Source: Pseudobdellovibrionaceae bacterium (lineage in GTDB: Bacteria; Bdellovibrionota; Bdellovibrionia; Bdellovibrionales; Bdellovibrionaceae). Taken from it: DNA of 64,000 nt. Shown here in pieces: positions 35,962 to 44,720 of this stretch (position 1 is its first letter; each line of letters starts with the position of its first letter). The position numbers were made by a program, and so were the translations under genes. Where the stretch lies: the NCBI GenBank assembly GCA_039810425.1, contig JBDHWW010000006.1, positions 25,800 through 89,799 on the forward strand. The letters run 5' to 3'. Under the pieces are notes generated by a model. That model saw only the letters and a list, made by a program, of their open reading frames with translations, was not told the DNA's origin and ran no database searches.

Positions 35962-37803
35962 CTAACGTCCACGTTTGAGGTAGAAGTACTTGCGATACCA
36001 AGCAGAGGTCTTTTTGCGTAACTGGCCAGGGCCATCTTCGGGGAAGATGTTGATACGGAAAATCGCAAACGGATTTTCTTCATGATGAAGGCCACCGGTA
36101 TCCGTGTTGACGGCAAAGTCATAGCCGGCCTCTTCCGCAAGTTCAGCGGCCCGCGGGTTTGTGATGCCATAGGTGAAAGCAAAAGCGCCGACATTGCCAA
36201 AATCTTGCTCCAATGTCTTTTTCGACCCTTCCAACTCGGCTCTGGCCTCGGTCTCGTTCATCTCGGTGATCTTGCGGTGACGAAAGCCATGGGAGCCGAT
36301 TTCATAACTAAAGTCTAATAGCCGCTTTTTTTGCTCCAGGCTCATGAGTGGCTGCATCGGCTCTTTGCCGTCATTGTCCCACGAGTTTGCTTCAAGCGTA
36401 TGATCTGCCAGCAGAAAGATCACGGCCTTCATGCCGAACTCTTTTAAAAGGGGGGCGGCGTTGGTCAGATTGTCAACGTAACCATCGTCAAAGGTTAAAA
36501 TCAGCGGTTTCTTTGGAAACTGTTGAAAGTCCTTTTTGCCAGAGCGGAACTCTTCGAGGTCCTTAAAGTTCAGGGTCGTGAACCCCCGCTCTTTGAAGAA
36601 TTGCAAATGGGTCTTGAATGCGGCCTTGGTTACAAAAATGCGGTGCTGGGTTTGCAGGTCCTCCTCAGGTACTTTGTGATACATGAGGATGGGGATGTGC
36701 TGAGAATAGTTTTTCAGGAAGTAAGCCGATTTGTACGTGTTAAAGATCTTGTGGCAAACACGCTCTTGGTCGTAATTGCGAACCGCCACGTTGCGGACGC
36801 CAAGGCGTTCGGCGGAGGTGAGGGCTTCAGGATTTTTTAAAAACTGAATCACGTCCGCCGTGAGTTTTGTAAAATCAATCGGCATCGTTGCTTTGCCGTC
36901 TGCGCCGATATCGCCAAAATTACTCGCCATTGCGCGATCAAGAGTCTGCAGGTCCACAATTCCCCCGGCATTGTATTCGCCGATGGCATAAGTGGGAATT
37001 CCGCGCATGAGCGAGCTGATCGCAACACGCCCCGCGCCCATGACGAGCTGAAATTTACTGAGTTCCTCATCGAGATTGTCGAGGTGGGTATGCACATGCA
37101 GGCGCTTTGGATATTTCTCTTGAAGCGCGAACACTCGTTGTATCGTCTCGTCCCCTAAAAGCTGCGGATTGCCGCCAATGACCTCAATTTGAAGATCCGG
37201 AAAGGCCTTTAGAATTTCAGGCACGCTGTGCTTGATGAATTCGCGGGCGCGTTCGCCCTTAGGCCCCGTGAAGCGACCCACCCAGGCCAGGCGCGGTTGG
37301 GCCGCAAGTGTTTCGACGAAAGGAAGTTTTTCAGTCTCAACAGGGTTGCGGATCAAACGCATTTTTCTTTCGCTCATTCTGAGCATGGTTGAAAGCTTGG
37401 TCGTGAGGTTCTCGCAGATGCAGATGCTTTTTTCGCCATAGATATCGAGCAGTTTTTTAGATAGAGAAACGGGCTGACGGCCGTGAATTGTCGAAACGAC
37501 GGCAATGTTCGTTCCACGAGTCGCCCAGTACGCAAGGCGAGCCGCCGCGCGCGAGTGACAGTGGATGACTTGGATCTGTTTTTCTTTTAAAAATTTACGC
37601 AGTAAAAAAGTACTGTGAAGACGAGTGCGGGTTTTATTGCTGTGAACCGCCATCGGCGTGTAGGGTTGGCGGGTTTTTACGTGAATGCGATCCGAGATGA
37701 TGTGCACGTCGTGGCCATGATCCGTTAGCCAATTGGCTAGGGTGATGGCGTAGGCTTCCGCCCCGGTCGGTTGCATCTGTGAGAGCAAGTGAAGAATGCG
37801 CAT
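35962..37803 (-). CDS. GT4-family glycosyltransferase fused to a NodB-type polysaccharide deacetylase
   Basis: N-terminal TGAE, IHCHSR and GAGRVA; C-terminal PILMYH, TFDDGY and IGSHGFRH. Confidence 0.85.
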   Translation of the reverse strand: MRILHLLSQMQPTGAEAYAITLANWLTDHGHDVHIISDRIHVKTRQPYTPMAVHSNKTRTRLHSTFLLRKFLKEKQIQVIHCHSRAAARLAYWATRGTNIAVVSTIHGRQPVSLSKKLLDIYGEKSICICENLTTKLSTMLRMSERKMRLIRNPVETEKLPFVETLAAQPRLAWVGRFTGPKGERAREFIKHSVPEILKAFPDLQIEVIGGNPQLLGDETIQRVFALQEKYPKRLHVHTHLDNLDEELSKFQLVMGAGRVAISSLMRGIPTYAIGEYNAGGIVDLQTLDRAMASNFGDIGADGKATMPIDFTKLTADVIQFLKNPEALTSAERLGVRNVAVRNYDQERVCHKIFNTYKSAYFLKNYSQHIPILMYHKVPEEDLQTQHRIFVTKAAFKTHLQFFKERGFTTLNFKDLEEFRSGKKDFQQFPKKPLILTFDDGYVDNLTNAAPLLKEFGMKAVIFLLADHTLEANSWDNDGKEPMQPLMSLEQKKRLLDFSYEIGSHGFRHRKITEMNETEARAELEGSKKTLEQDFGNVGAFAFTYGITNPRAAELAEEAGYDFAVNTDTGGLHHEENPFAIFRINIFPEDGPGQLRKKTSAWYRKYFYLKRGR

Positions 37804-37904
37804 ATGTCTGGCCGTACCTTAACATAGAATTCGGTAGGAAAGCATCTAGATCCTTTTAAAAACCGGCAAATGATCTATGCTGGAATCTGAAGGAGGACTT
37901 GCCA

Positions 37905-38354
37905 ATGACCAAATCCGGGCTTTTACTAGGGGCGCTATTGATCGGTTTCAATGCCCTTGCCACGCAAAAAGGGTCTGATTTCAAAGAGGTCGGCCTCGAA
38001 GACGAAGTTGTTTCTGAAAAGAGTGATAAATCCTCTTCGACGGAGGTGGCAAAGCCACCACAGCTTGGCGAAAACGAGGAGTTGGTCTCAGGGACGGTTC
38101 GCGTCGTTCGTAAACTGGAAATGACCGAGGTCTTTTTTAAAGACTTGAAAGACTCTTATTTTATTCCAAGCGGCGGTCAATACAGTTCTATTTTTAAAGC
38201 CTGCCAGGATAGTGAGAAAAAGGGCGTGATGATCGGACTTCGGGTAAACACGAAGAGCCGCCGCATTCTTGCCGTGGAGTCTTCGGCAATCAAAAGCCCC
38301 GCAGCGGGCGGGGCTGAAAGCAAATCTTCACAGGGGCCGGCGGGGACCAAGTAG
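37905..38354 (+). CDS. Secreted hypothetical protein
   Basis: AGGAGG RBS; signal peptide ending ALA. Confidence 0.65.
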   Translation: MTKSGLLLGALLIGFNALATQKGSDFKEVGLEDEVVSEKSDKSSSTEVAKPPQLGENEELVSGTVRVVRKLEMTEVFFKDLKDSYFIPSGGQYSSIFKACQDSEKKGVMIGLRVNTKSRRILAVESSAIKSPAAGGAESKSSQGPAGTK

Positions 38355-40085
38355 CTAGAAACCGTCGGTTGTGCCGACGTTGCCACGTTTGGGGTTGGAG
38401 TTGAGTCCCGGCGATTCTTCATCTTCATCAAAAGGGATCACGGCGGACGCAGCGCTTTTTGCAGTAGCCTTTGGTGCCGGCTTCTTTTTCATGTCGAATT
38501 CAACGACATTGTTTTTCACCTTCGGAACTGGTGCTTTTTTTGTAACGGGGGCCTTTGCCGCGGGTGCCGGGAGAGACGCTTTTTCCGCTTTTACTGCTGT
38601 TGGCGGGGTGTCCGTGCCTGTTTCTTTTTCGCGGAAGCCCAGGATTACAGCGTTGAGATCCCGAACTTTTTCCTGCATGCTTTGGGATTGTTGCAAAATT
38701 TCTTCGGCCGAGGCCGCGATTTCCTCCGCAGAAGCCGCGTTCATTTGTGTCGACTGATCGAGTTGGTTCATTGCTTTACCCACTTGAGTAATACCCGTGG
38801 ATTGTTCATTGCTGGCGGCGGAAATTTCGTGGTTGAGATCCGCCACTTTTTTTACCGACACCACGATGTTATTCAGAACCGTCCCACTGTGATCGGCGAT
38901 CTTTGTGCCACGGTCGATTTTTTCAACCGATTCTTTGATAAGGCCGCTGATGTCTTTGGCGGCAACCGCGCTTTTTTGCGCCAGCGAACGAACTGCATCG
39001 GCCACCACGGCAAATCCTTTACCTTGTTCGCCGGCACGGGCGGCCTCGACCGCGGCATTCAGGGCGAGTAAATTGGTTTGGAACGCGATATCGTCGATAA
39101 CGGTAATAATCTCTTCGATCTTTTTAGAGGATGACGAAATCTCATGCATCGAAGAAATCAACGAATGAATTTCCTTTTCACCCTGTTCTGCGGAATCGCG
39201 GGAGGTCTGTGACAACGCGGACGCCTGTTTTGCGTTGTCCGAGTTCATCTTCACCATCGAAGACATTTCTTCCAGCGAGGCCACCGTTTCTTCCAGCGAA
39301 GCGGCCGCCGAGGTGGACGCGTGAGAAAGTGTTTGGCCTGTTGCCGAAAGCTGCTGGATCGAGTCCGTCACAAACTTGCTTGAGGCCAGAAGGGCGTTGG
39401 CGATACCTCCGACCGTCCGAGCAATTCTTTGCGCCATCCACATCAGGATTCCGAGCAAGGCAAAGATCGCGCAGGCTGACGCAAAGATGGTTATGTTGAG
39501 GTTTTGCCGATAGAGGTCGTCTTTTTCAATCGTATTTTCTTGGGAAGTTTTCTGGTAAATAGCGGTGTTCATCTCGGTCACCTCGCTGATGTCATCAGTC
39601 ATAGTGCGCCAGCCGTCGCGGAAGATTTCGCGGACTTTTTTATCACCCTCGGGAGTTTGTTTGCCGAGCTCCGCCGCGATGGCTTCGGTCGCTTTTGCAA
39701 AAGCGGCTTTCGCGTCTCGTACTTTGGCGTAGTTCGCGCGTTCTTCGTTCGAGAAGGGTGTGGCCTCGTAGGCGGATTGGTATTTGGTGTATTCGGCAAA
39801 TGCAGTTTTGAATTTTGCAATATGCTCTTTGCGGATCTCATTTTCGTCCGGATTTGCCAGCGCGGCCCAGAGGTGGTTGGAAAGCGCTTGGCGGTTTGTT
39901 GCCATATGCCCTAGGTCGTCCAGCGAAGGGACAACATCAGTATAGGCTTCGGTGAGCATGAGGCCCATTTTCGATAGACCGTTAATATTCAAAGCCGAGA
40001 TGGCAATAAAGGCAAAAATCGGGAAAATTGCAGACATTAAAAGTTTGCCACGAAGGCCGCGGGCCCAGCTTTTGATCTCTTTCAT
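38355..40085 (-). CDS. Methyl-accepting chemotaxis protein (4HB sensor)
   Basis: Two TMs; [33 protein letters not shown]-rich tail ending TTDGF. Confidence 0.95.
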   Translation of the reverse strand: MKEIKSWARGLRGKLLMSAIFPIFAFIAISALNINGLSKMGLMLTEAYTDVVPSLDDLGHMATNRQALSNHLWAALANPDENEIRKEHIAKFKTAFAEYTKYQSAYEATPFSNEERANYAKVRDAKAAFAKATEAIAAELGKQTPEGDKKVREIFRDGWRTMTDDISEVTEMNTAIYQKTSQENTIEKDDLYRQNLNITIFASACAIFALLGILMWMAQRIARTVGGIANALLASSKFVTDSIQQLSATGQTLSHASTSAAASLEETVASLEEMSSMVKMNSDNAKQASALSQTSRDSAEQGEKEIHSLISSMHEISSSSKKIEEIITVIDDIAFQTNLLALNAAVEAARAGEQGKGFAVVADAVRSLAQKSAVAAKDISGLIKESVEKIDRGTKIADHSGTVLNNIVVSVKKVADLNHEISAASNEQSTGITQVGKAMNQLDQSTQMNAASAEEIAASAEEILQQSQSMQEKVRDLNAVILGFREKETGTDTPPTAVKAEKASLPAPAAKAPVTKKAPVPKVKNNVVEFDMKKKPAPKATAKSAASAVIPFDEDEESPGLNSNPKRGNVGTTDGF

Positions 40086-40115
40086 GATTCCTCACATCGG
40101 TAAGAACTTGTTTCC

Positions 40116-40143
40116 TTTTCGACCCATTTTGATTGAAACTTAA
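40116..40143 (-). promoter_or_regulatory. Putative sigma-28 promoter of the MCP gene
   Basis: Minus strand TTAAG-N15-GTCGAAAA; MCP genes are typical FliA targets. Confidence 0.6.
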
Positions 40144-40395
40144 CACTCCTGACCGTTGGTCTTGGGTTGAATTGAGATCATAACCGGCGCGTCTTGACCC
40201 GCGGGGCCTCTAAAACTATTGTGGGTTCCATGGCGATAAAAATCATCAGCGGCCATTTTCAAACTCTCTTGGGGCACTTGTGATACCTGTCGGCAAGAAA
40301 AAACCACCTTGGCAATCATCGCTGGCTAGATGAATATATGGTGGAAAGCCTGCAGAGTCTTATCCACCGATTGTAGGTTTTAAAAACAAGGCGTT

Positions 40396-41622
40396 CTAGT
40401 TCTTTTTCCGTTTTTTATTGATCTTCAAGGGCCTTGTCGCCGTCTTTGCTGAAGTGAACGTGGTCTTTCCGTCAAGATCTTTGAATGAAAGATCCCAGCC
40501 TTTGCCGTCCGGGCGTTTCGTCATGGTTGCATACCCAAAGCTATGGCCTGATTTTGTATCGCTGAAGAAATCTTTGATTGTAAGGCCGGCGATTTTGTTT
40601 TTTAAAATTTTATCACGGTTCATGAGTTCTTCCCCGTTGTCCAGAGCCGTGCCACTATTGCCGACAACGAGTTGCCGCGGAAAACCCTCGGCCTGCAAAA
40701 GTTGAGTGTTATGAACGTGGCCTGCGATCATGAACTCGACTTTTGATTTCAGACCGCTCTTGGCAAACGCTTTTTGCAAGTTAATGTTAGTGGTTACCAG
40801 GCCGCCTTTGCCGTCTTCAACGAGACCCGTGACGGGCTTATGAGTGACGAGCCATGTTTGTTTGGGCTTTCTCTCGTCGACGACCTTTTCGATATCTTTA
40901 AATTGTTGTGCCCAGCGTTCTTCGTTGTCAGGAGTCTCTGCTCTGTCATTGATGGAGGCCGTGTCGTAGTTCACCAGCAGCAGGTCGCCGATTTGAATGT
41001 ACTCGGTCTTTTCATAAGGAGCGCAAGCGTCTTTCCAGGTTTGCTCCGTGAGAAGTTTGTAGCCCTCCCACGCGCGATTGCAGTCCTCGTGATTACCGCG
41101 GAGAAACGTCCAGGGAGCGGCCGCAAAACCTGCTTGCGAGGGGATAAAAAAGTCCTCTTCCCAGGATCTCCAGCCATAGCCGATGGTGTCGGTATAGTGG
41201 CGGCAAACCTTTCCTTCGCTGCAGCTCTCACGGTAGTGGTAATCGCCGACGTGAACGATGAGATCTGGTTTTTCGGCGGCGATTTTTTCCATGACGGCGG
41301 CATAGGCCCACTCTGTACCGTCTTTGCAGTTTTGATAGCTGTCGCCGTACTTGGATTCTTTCAAACGGCAGCCCGTGTCACCCATTAAGACGATCTTTTT
41401 AAAGTCCGCGGCGCTCTTATCGGCGATGGGTGTTTTATGAATCTCGAGGTTTTCAAAACCCTTGTCGCTTTGAAAGGCCTTGGTTTCTTTAAGGACTTTG
41501 ACAGTATGAGCGGTGAAGCCTTTTTCAGATAGTGAAGTCCAATGATATTCCTTTGGCGGCGGTGGCGTCTCGTGTGCACATGCTAAAAGCACCAGGGGAA
41601 TGAGTAACATAATTATTTTCAT
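40396..41622 (-). CDS. Calcineurin-like metallophosphoesterase lipoprotein
   Basis: Lipobox LLAC; GDTGC, GDYHY, GNHE, THKP and GHVH motifs. Confidence 0.85.
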   Translation of the reverse strand: MKIIMLLIPLVLLACAHETPPPPKEYHWTSLSEKGFTAHTVKVLKETKAFQSDKGFENLEIHKTPIADKSAADFKKIVLMGDTGCRLKESKYGDSYQNCKDGTEWAYAAVMEKIAAEKPDLIVHVGDYHYRESCSEGKVCRHYTDTIGYGWRSWEEDFFIPSQAGFAAAPWTFLRGNHEDCNRAWEGYKLLTEQTWKDACAPYEKTEYIQIGDLLLVNYDTASINDRAETPDNEERWAQQFKDIEKVVDERKPKQTWLVTHKPVTGLVEDGKGGLVTTNINLQKAFAKSGLKSKVEFMIAGHVHNTQLLQAEGFPRQLVVGNSGTALDNGEELMNRDKILKNKIAGLTIKDFFSDTKSGHSFGYATMTKRPDGKGWDLSFKDLDGKTTFTSAKTATRPLKINKKRKKN

Positions 41623-41634
41623 ACGGGTATCTCC

Positions 41635-42006
41635 TTAAAGTTCAATCCCGAGCGAGAAGCTTAGAATCAAAGTTGCAAAAACGATAAACGCAATGGCGGC
41701 AAGGGTCTTCTCTTTTTGCTTAACAAAAAGTACGGCCGTCATCAAAACCCGCAAAAGGGGAAGGCTAATTAGGACGACGAGTCCCGCATAGGCGGTCAAA
41801 AGCCCCCATTGGTGGTTCGTGAAGGCCTGTTGGACGCTGTCGTGGAGGCTTTCACTTTTGTAGTCGTGAAACGCGGCCAAGGGATTCTGGGTAAAGTCGA
41901 GTAAGGATGCCCAGCCGATAAGCATCAAGGCGCCGGCAACGAGAACTCCCCAGCGCAACAACGCGGATATTTTAAGTTCCAGGTTCAAAAGTTGATCGTC
42001 ACTCAT
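41635..42006 (-). CDS. DUF1634-family membrane protein
   Basis: LELKISALLRWGV and GLVVLISLPLLRV; coupled to the TauE gene. Confidence 0.8.
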   Translation of the reverse strand: MSDDQLLNLELKISALLRWGVLVAGALMLIGWASLLDFTQNPLAAFHDYKSESLHDSVQQAFTNHQWGLLTAYAGLVVLISLPLLRVLMTAVLFVKQKEKTLAAIAFIVFATLILSFSLGIEL

Positions 42007-42818
42007 GACAGGCCTTTGATGATCATTTGAATAGATACAATACTTAGGACGACGACAAAGATTTTGCGGATGAGGCTTGCCGGCATTTTCACCATAAGAT
42101 GTGCGCCGATCCATGAGCCGATAATGATACCCACGGAAACTGGCGCCGCAATTTCAGGGCGGATGTCACCGCGAAGTAAGAAGGCGCCTGCGCTGGCTGT
42201 GGCCGTGACGCCAATCATGAAATTCGAAGTTGCGGAAGACACCTTCATCGGAAGCTTCATCGCACCATCCATAGCAAGGACTTTAAAAATGCCGCTGCCG
42301 ATTCCTAAGAGGGCTGAAAGGACGCCGGCAAAATACATCGCGGCAAGTCCAAGCGGAACGTTTTCGACGTTGTAGTGACTCAGGCCGCCCCTCTCATTGG
42401 GGAAGTGTCCGGCAAGTTTGAGTCTTTGTGACCAAGGATGGTCCTTTGTCGAAAGATGTTCGCCGCGTTTGCGCAGCATCATCAATGCGGAGAAGAAAAG
42501 AAAAAAGCCAAAGAGCAAAAACAGGGCGGAGCTTTGGATTTTTTTTGCGATCAAGAAACCTGTGATGGCGCCCGTGACTGTTCCGATTTCGAGCAAAACT
42601 GCCACGCGTAAGTTTGTCAGGTTGTCTTTCAAGTAGCTCGCTGCTGCGCCTGAAGAGGTGGCAACAATTGAAATCAGGCTTGCGGCGATGGCGTATCTGA
42701 TATTGACATGAAACAAAAGGGTCAGGGTCGGAACGATAATAATGCCGCCTCCAAGCCCAAGCAAAGAGCCTAAAAATCCAGCAACTATTGATGAGGCGAG
42801 AAGGATGAATTCATACAT
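42003..42818 (-). CDS. Sulfite exporter TauE/SafE family
   Basis: GSLLGLGGG..VP, ATSSG, LLGIGSG and ATSNFMIGVTA motifs. Confidence 0.9.
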   Translation of the reverse strand: MYEFILLASSIVAGFLGSLLGLGGGIIIVPTLTLLFHVNIRYAIAASLISIVATSSGAAASYLKDNLTNLRVAVLLEIGTVTGAITGFLIAKKIQSSALFLLFGFFLFFSALMMLRKRGEHLSTKDHPWSQRLKLAGHFPNERGGLSHYNVENVPLGLAAMYFAGVLSALLGIGSGIFKVLAMDGAMKLPMKVSSATSNFMIGVTATASAGAFLLRGDIRPEIAAPVSVGIIIGSWIGAHLMVKMPASLIRKIFVVVLSIVSIQMIIKGLS

Positions 42819-42998
42819 GCGAAGGGTTTTAGACCCGGAAAAGAGTGACGTAAACGCATAAGAAAGTTCTGACATGTTGTGACGATTTTGTATTTAATCT
42901 TACTCAGTCTTAAAAAAAGTAATGACACAATCTTTTTGATTTGCTCTGCTTTGGTCTGGGTGAACCAATTAGTCCATATTCACAACGAGGGGAATAAC

Positions 42999-43712
42999 AT
43001 GGAGTTTTTTTCTAAGATTGCACTAGCTTTTGAACACGGCGGCTTCTGGATGTGGCCAATTTTGGCTATTCAAGTGGCATCTATTGCTATCATCATTGAG
43101 CGCACGTACGCTCTTTTCGTAAAACACAAATTGAATTCACACTCTACGGTTGCGGGCTTTGAAGACAATGTTCGCCGTGGAGAACTCGAGACTGTGATTC
43201 AAAAAGCCCAGGCTGTTGAAGCGACGGCCCCGGTCGCACGCGCAGTGGTAGCGGGTGCAAAGGCGGCGAAGTTCTTGGGTGGCAAAGAAGAAATCCAAGG
43301 TAAGATGGATGAAATTCTTATTCACGAAAATGCTCAGTTGGATCAAAGAACTGGTTTCTTGTCCATGCTTGGAAACGTTGCAACGTTGACAGGTCTCTTG
43401 GGTACAATCACGGGTATGATCAAGTCTTTCGCGGCGGTGGCATATGCAAACCCAGCGGAAAAAGCGGCTCTGCTTGCTTCTGGTATCTCTGAAGCGATGA
43501 ATGCGACTGCTTACGGTTTGATCACGGCAATTCCAGCACTCGTGGCGTATGCAATTTTGCAAAATCGTGCAAATCGCTTGGCAGATGATATGAATCACAG
43601 CGCTTTGAAAGTTTTCAACTGGTTGTCGTTCTCTTATGAGCCGATTGGGTTTAAATCTTTCAAAGGTGCTTCAGTTCATTCTGAAAAAGCCCCAGCTGAA
43701 TTGAACAGCTAA
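42999..43712 (+). CDS. MotA/TolQ/ExbB proton channel (AglR-like)
   Basis: GGFWMWPI, ATLTGLLGTITGMI and GISEAMNATAYGL; ATG 42999 after GAGGGG. Confidence 0.92.
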   Translation: MEFFSKIALAFEHGGFWMWPILAIQVASIAIIIERTYALFVKHKLNSHSTVAGFEDNVRRGELETVIQKAQAVEATAPVARAVVAGAKAAKFLGGKEEIQGKMDEILIHENAQLDQRTGFLSMLGNVATLTGLLGTITGMIKSFAAVAYANPAEKAALLASGISEAMNATAYGLITAIPALVAYAILQNRANRLADDMNHSALKVFNWLSFSYEPIGFKSFKGASVHSEKAPAELNS

Positions 43713-43722
43713 TAGGTGTTGT

Positions 43723-44178
43723 ATGCGTAGGCACGGCAAACACTTAGATTTTGAAATCAACTTGATCCCGTGTATCGACTTGTTGTCAGTATGTATCTGT
43801 TTTTTGTTGCTGACGGCGGTTTGGTTGCACGTGGGTTCCATGAACGTCAAACAAGCCGTTGGCGGTCAGTCCCAAGCGGAAACTCCGAAGAAGCCTCTTC
43901 TTTGGATCTATATGGGACAAGGCGGTCAGCTGACTTTTAATGTTCAACAATCTTCCTTGGTTCCGGCCGCACTTGCGAATATTAAAATTCCAGGTCATGA
44001 CGGTCAGACGAACATTGAAGAAATGAACAAAGTTTTGACTCAATTAACCGCAAAAGATCCCGAACTGAAAACTGCTCTTATTCAACCGCAAGCACAATCG
44101 TCTTTTGAAGAGATCATTGCTTTGATGGATGAGTTTAAAAAGCAGGGGCTTTCGGATCTTGGCGTAGCTCCACTCTAA
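43723..44178 (+). CDS. ExbD/TolR family (AglQ-like)
   Basis: INLIPCIDLLSVCICFLL, with the conserved TM Asp. Confidence 0.88.
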   Translation: MRRHGKHLDFEINLIPCIDLLSVCICFLLLTAVWLHVGSMNVKQAVGGQSQAETPKKPLLWIYMGQGGQLTFNVQQSSLVPAALANIKIPGHDGQTNIEEMNKVLTQLTAKDPELKTALIQPQAQSSFEEIIALMDEFKKQGLSDLGVAPL

Positions 44179-44191
44179 GGGGGACATTTAA

Positions 44192-44692
44192 ATGTTAGCC
44201 AGTCAAAGTGTACTTCACGAAACGGCTCTACACTCGATGATCGGTGCGCAGTCGTTGATCAATCCCAAGCACGGCAAATGGAAGCGTAACATTGTTGCGG
44301 ATCTTCTTTTGACGGCTTTGATCGATGCCTTCTCGATTCTTGTGATTTTCCTTTTGATGAGTTTCTCGAGTGCCGGCGACTTGTTGTCGATCGGTAAAGG
44401 CCAGGAGTTGCCAAAGGCGGCTCGGGCGGACCAACTTGAACGAAACCCGGTTGTTAAGTTGGAAGAGGGCAAGATCTTCGTTGAGTCGCAAGAAGTGACC
44501 CAAGAGACTCTTGTGGCCGCTCTTCTTGAGTTGCGTAAGCAATTCACAGAAAGCCATCCAGGCGAAGAGTACCCGGGAGCCGTTACGATTCAAGGGGACC
44601 GTCGTTTAAAGTACGAGCAATTGAATTCAATCGTTCTTGCAGCATCACATGCAGGATTTAGTGATATCCGTTTTGCGGTCGTAATGAAATAG
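44192..44692 (+). CDS. ExbD/TolR family (AglS-like)
   Basis: LTALIDAFSILVIFLL, ELPKA, IQGDR..Y and AGFSDIRFAV. Confidence 0.88.
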   Translation: MLASQSVLHETALHSMIGAQSLINPKHGKWKRNIVADLLLTALIDAFSILVIFLLMSFSSAGDLLSIGKGQELPKAARADQLERNPVVKLEEGKIFVESQEVTQETLVAALLELRKQFTESHPGEEYPGAVTIQGDRRLKYEQLNSIVLAASHAGFSDIRFAVVMK

Positions 44693-44720
44693 GACCGCAA
44701 AACTTAAGTAAGGATTACTT

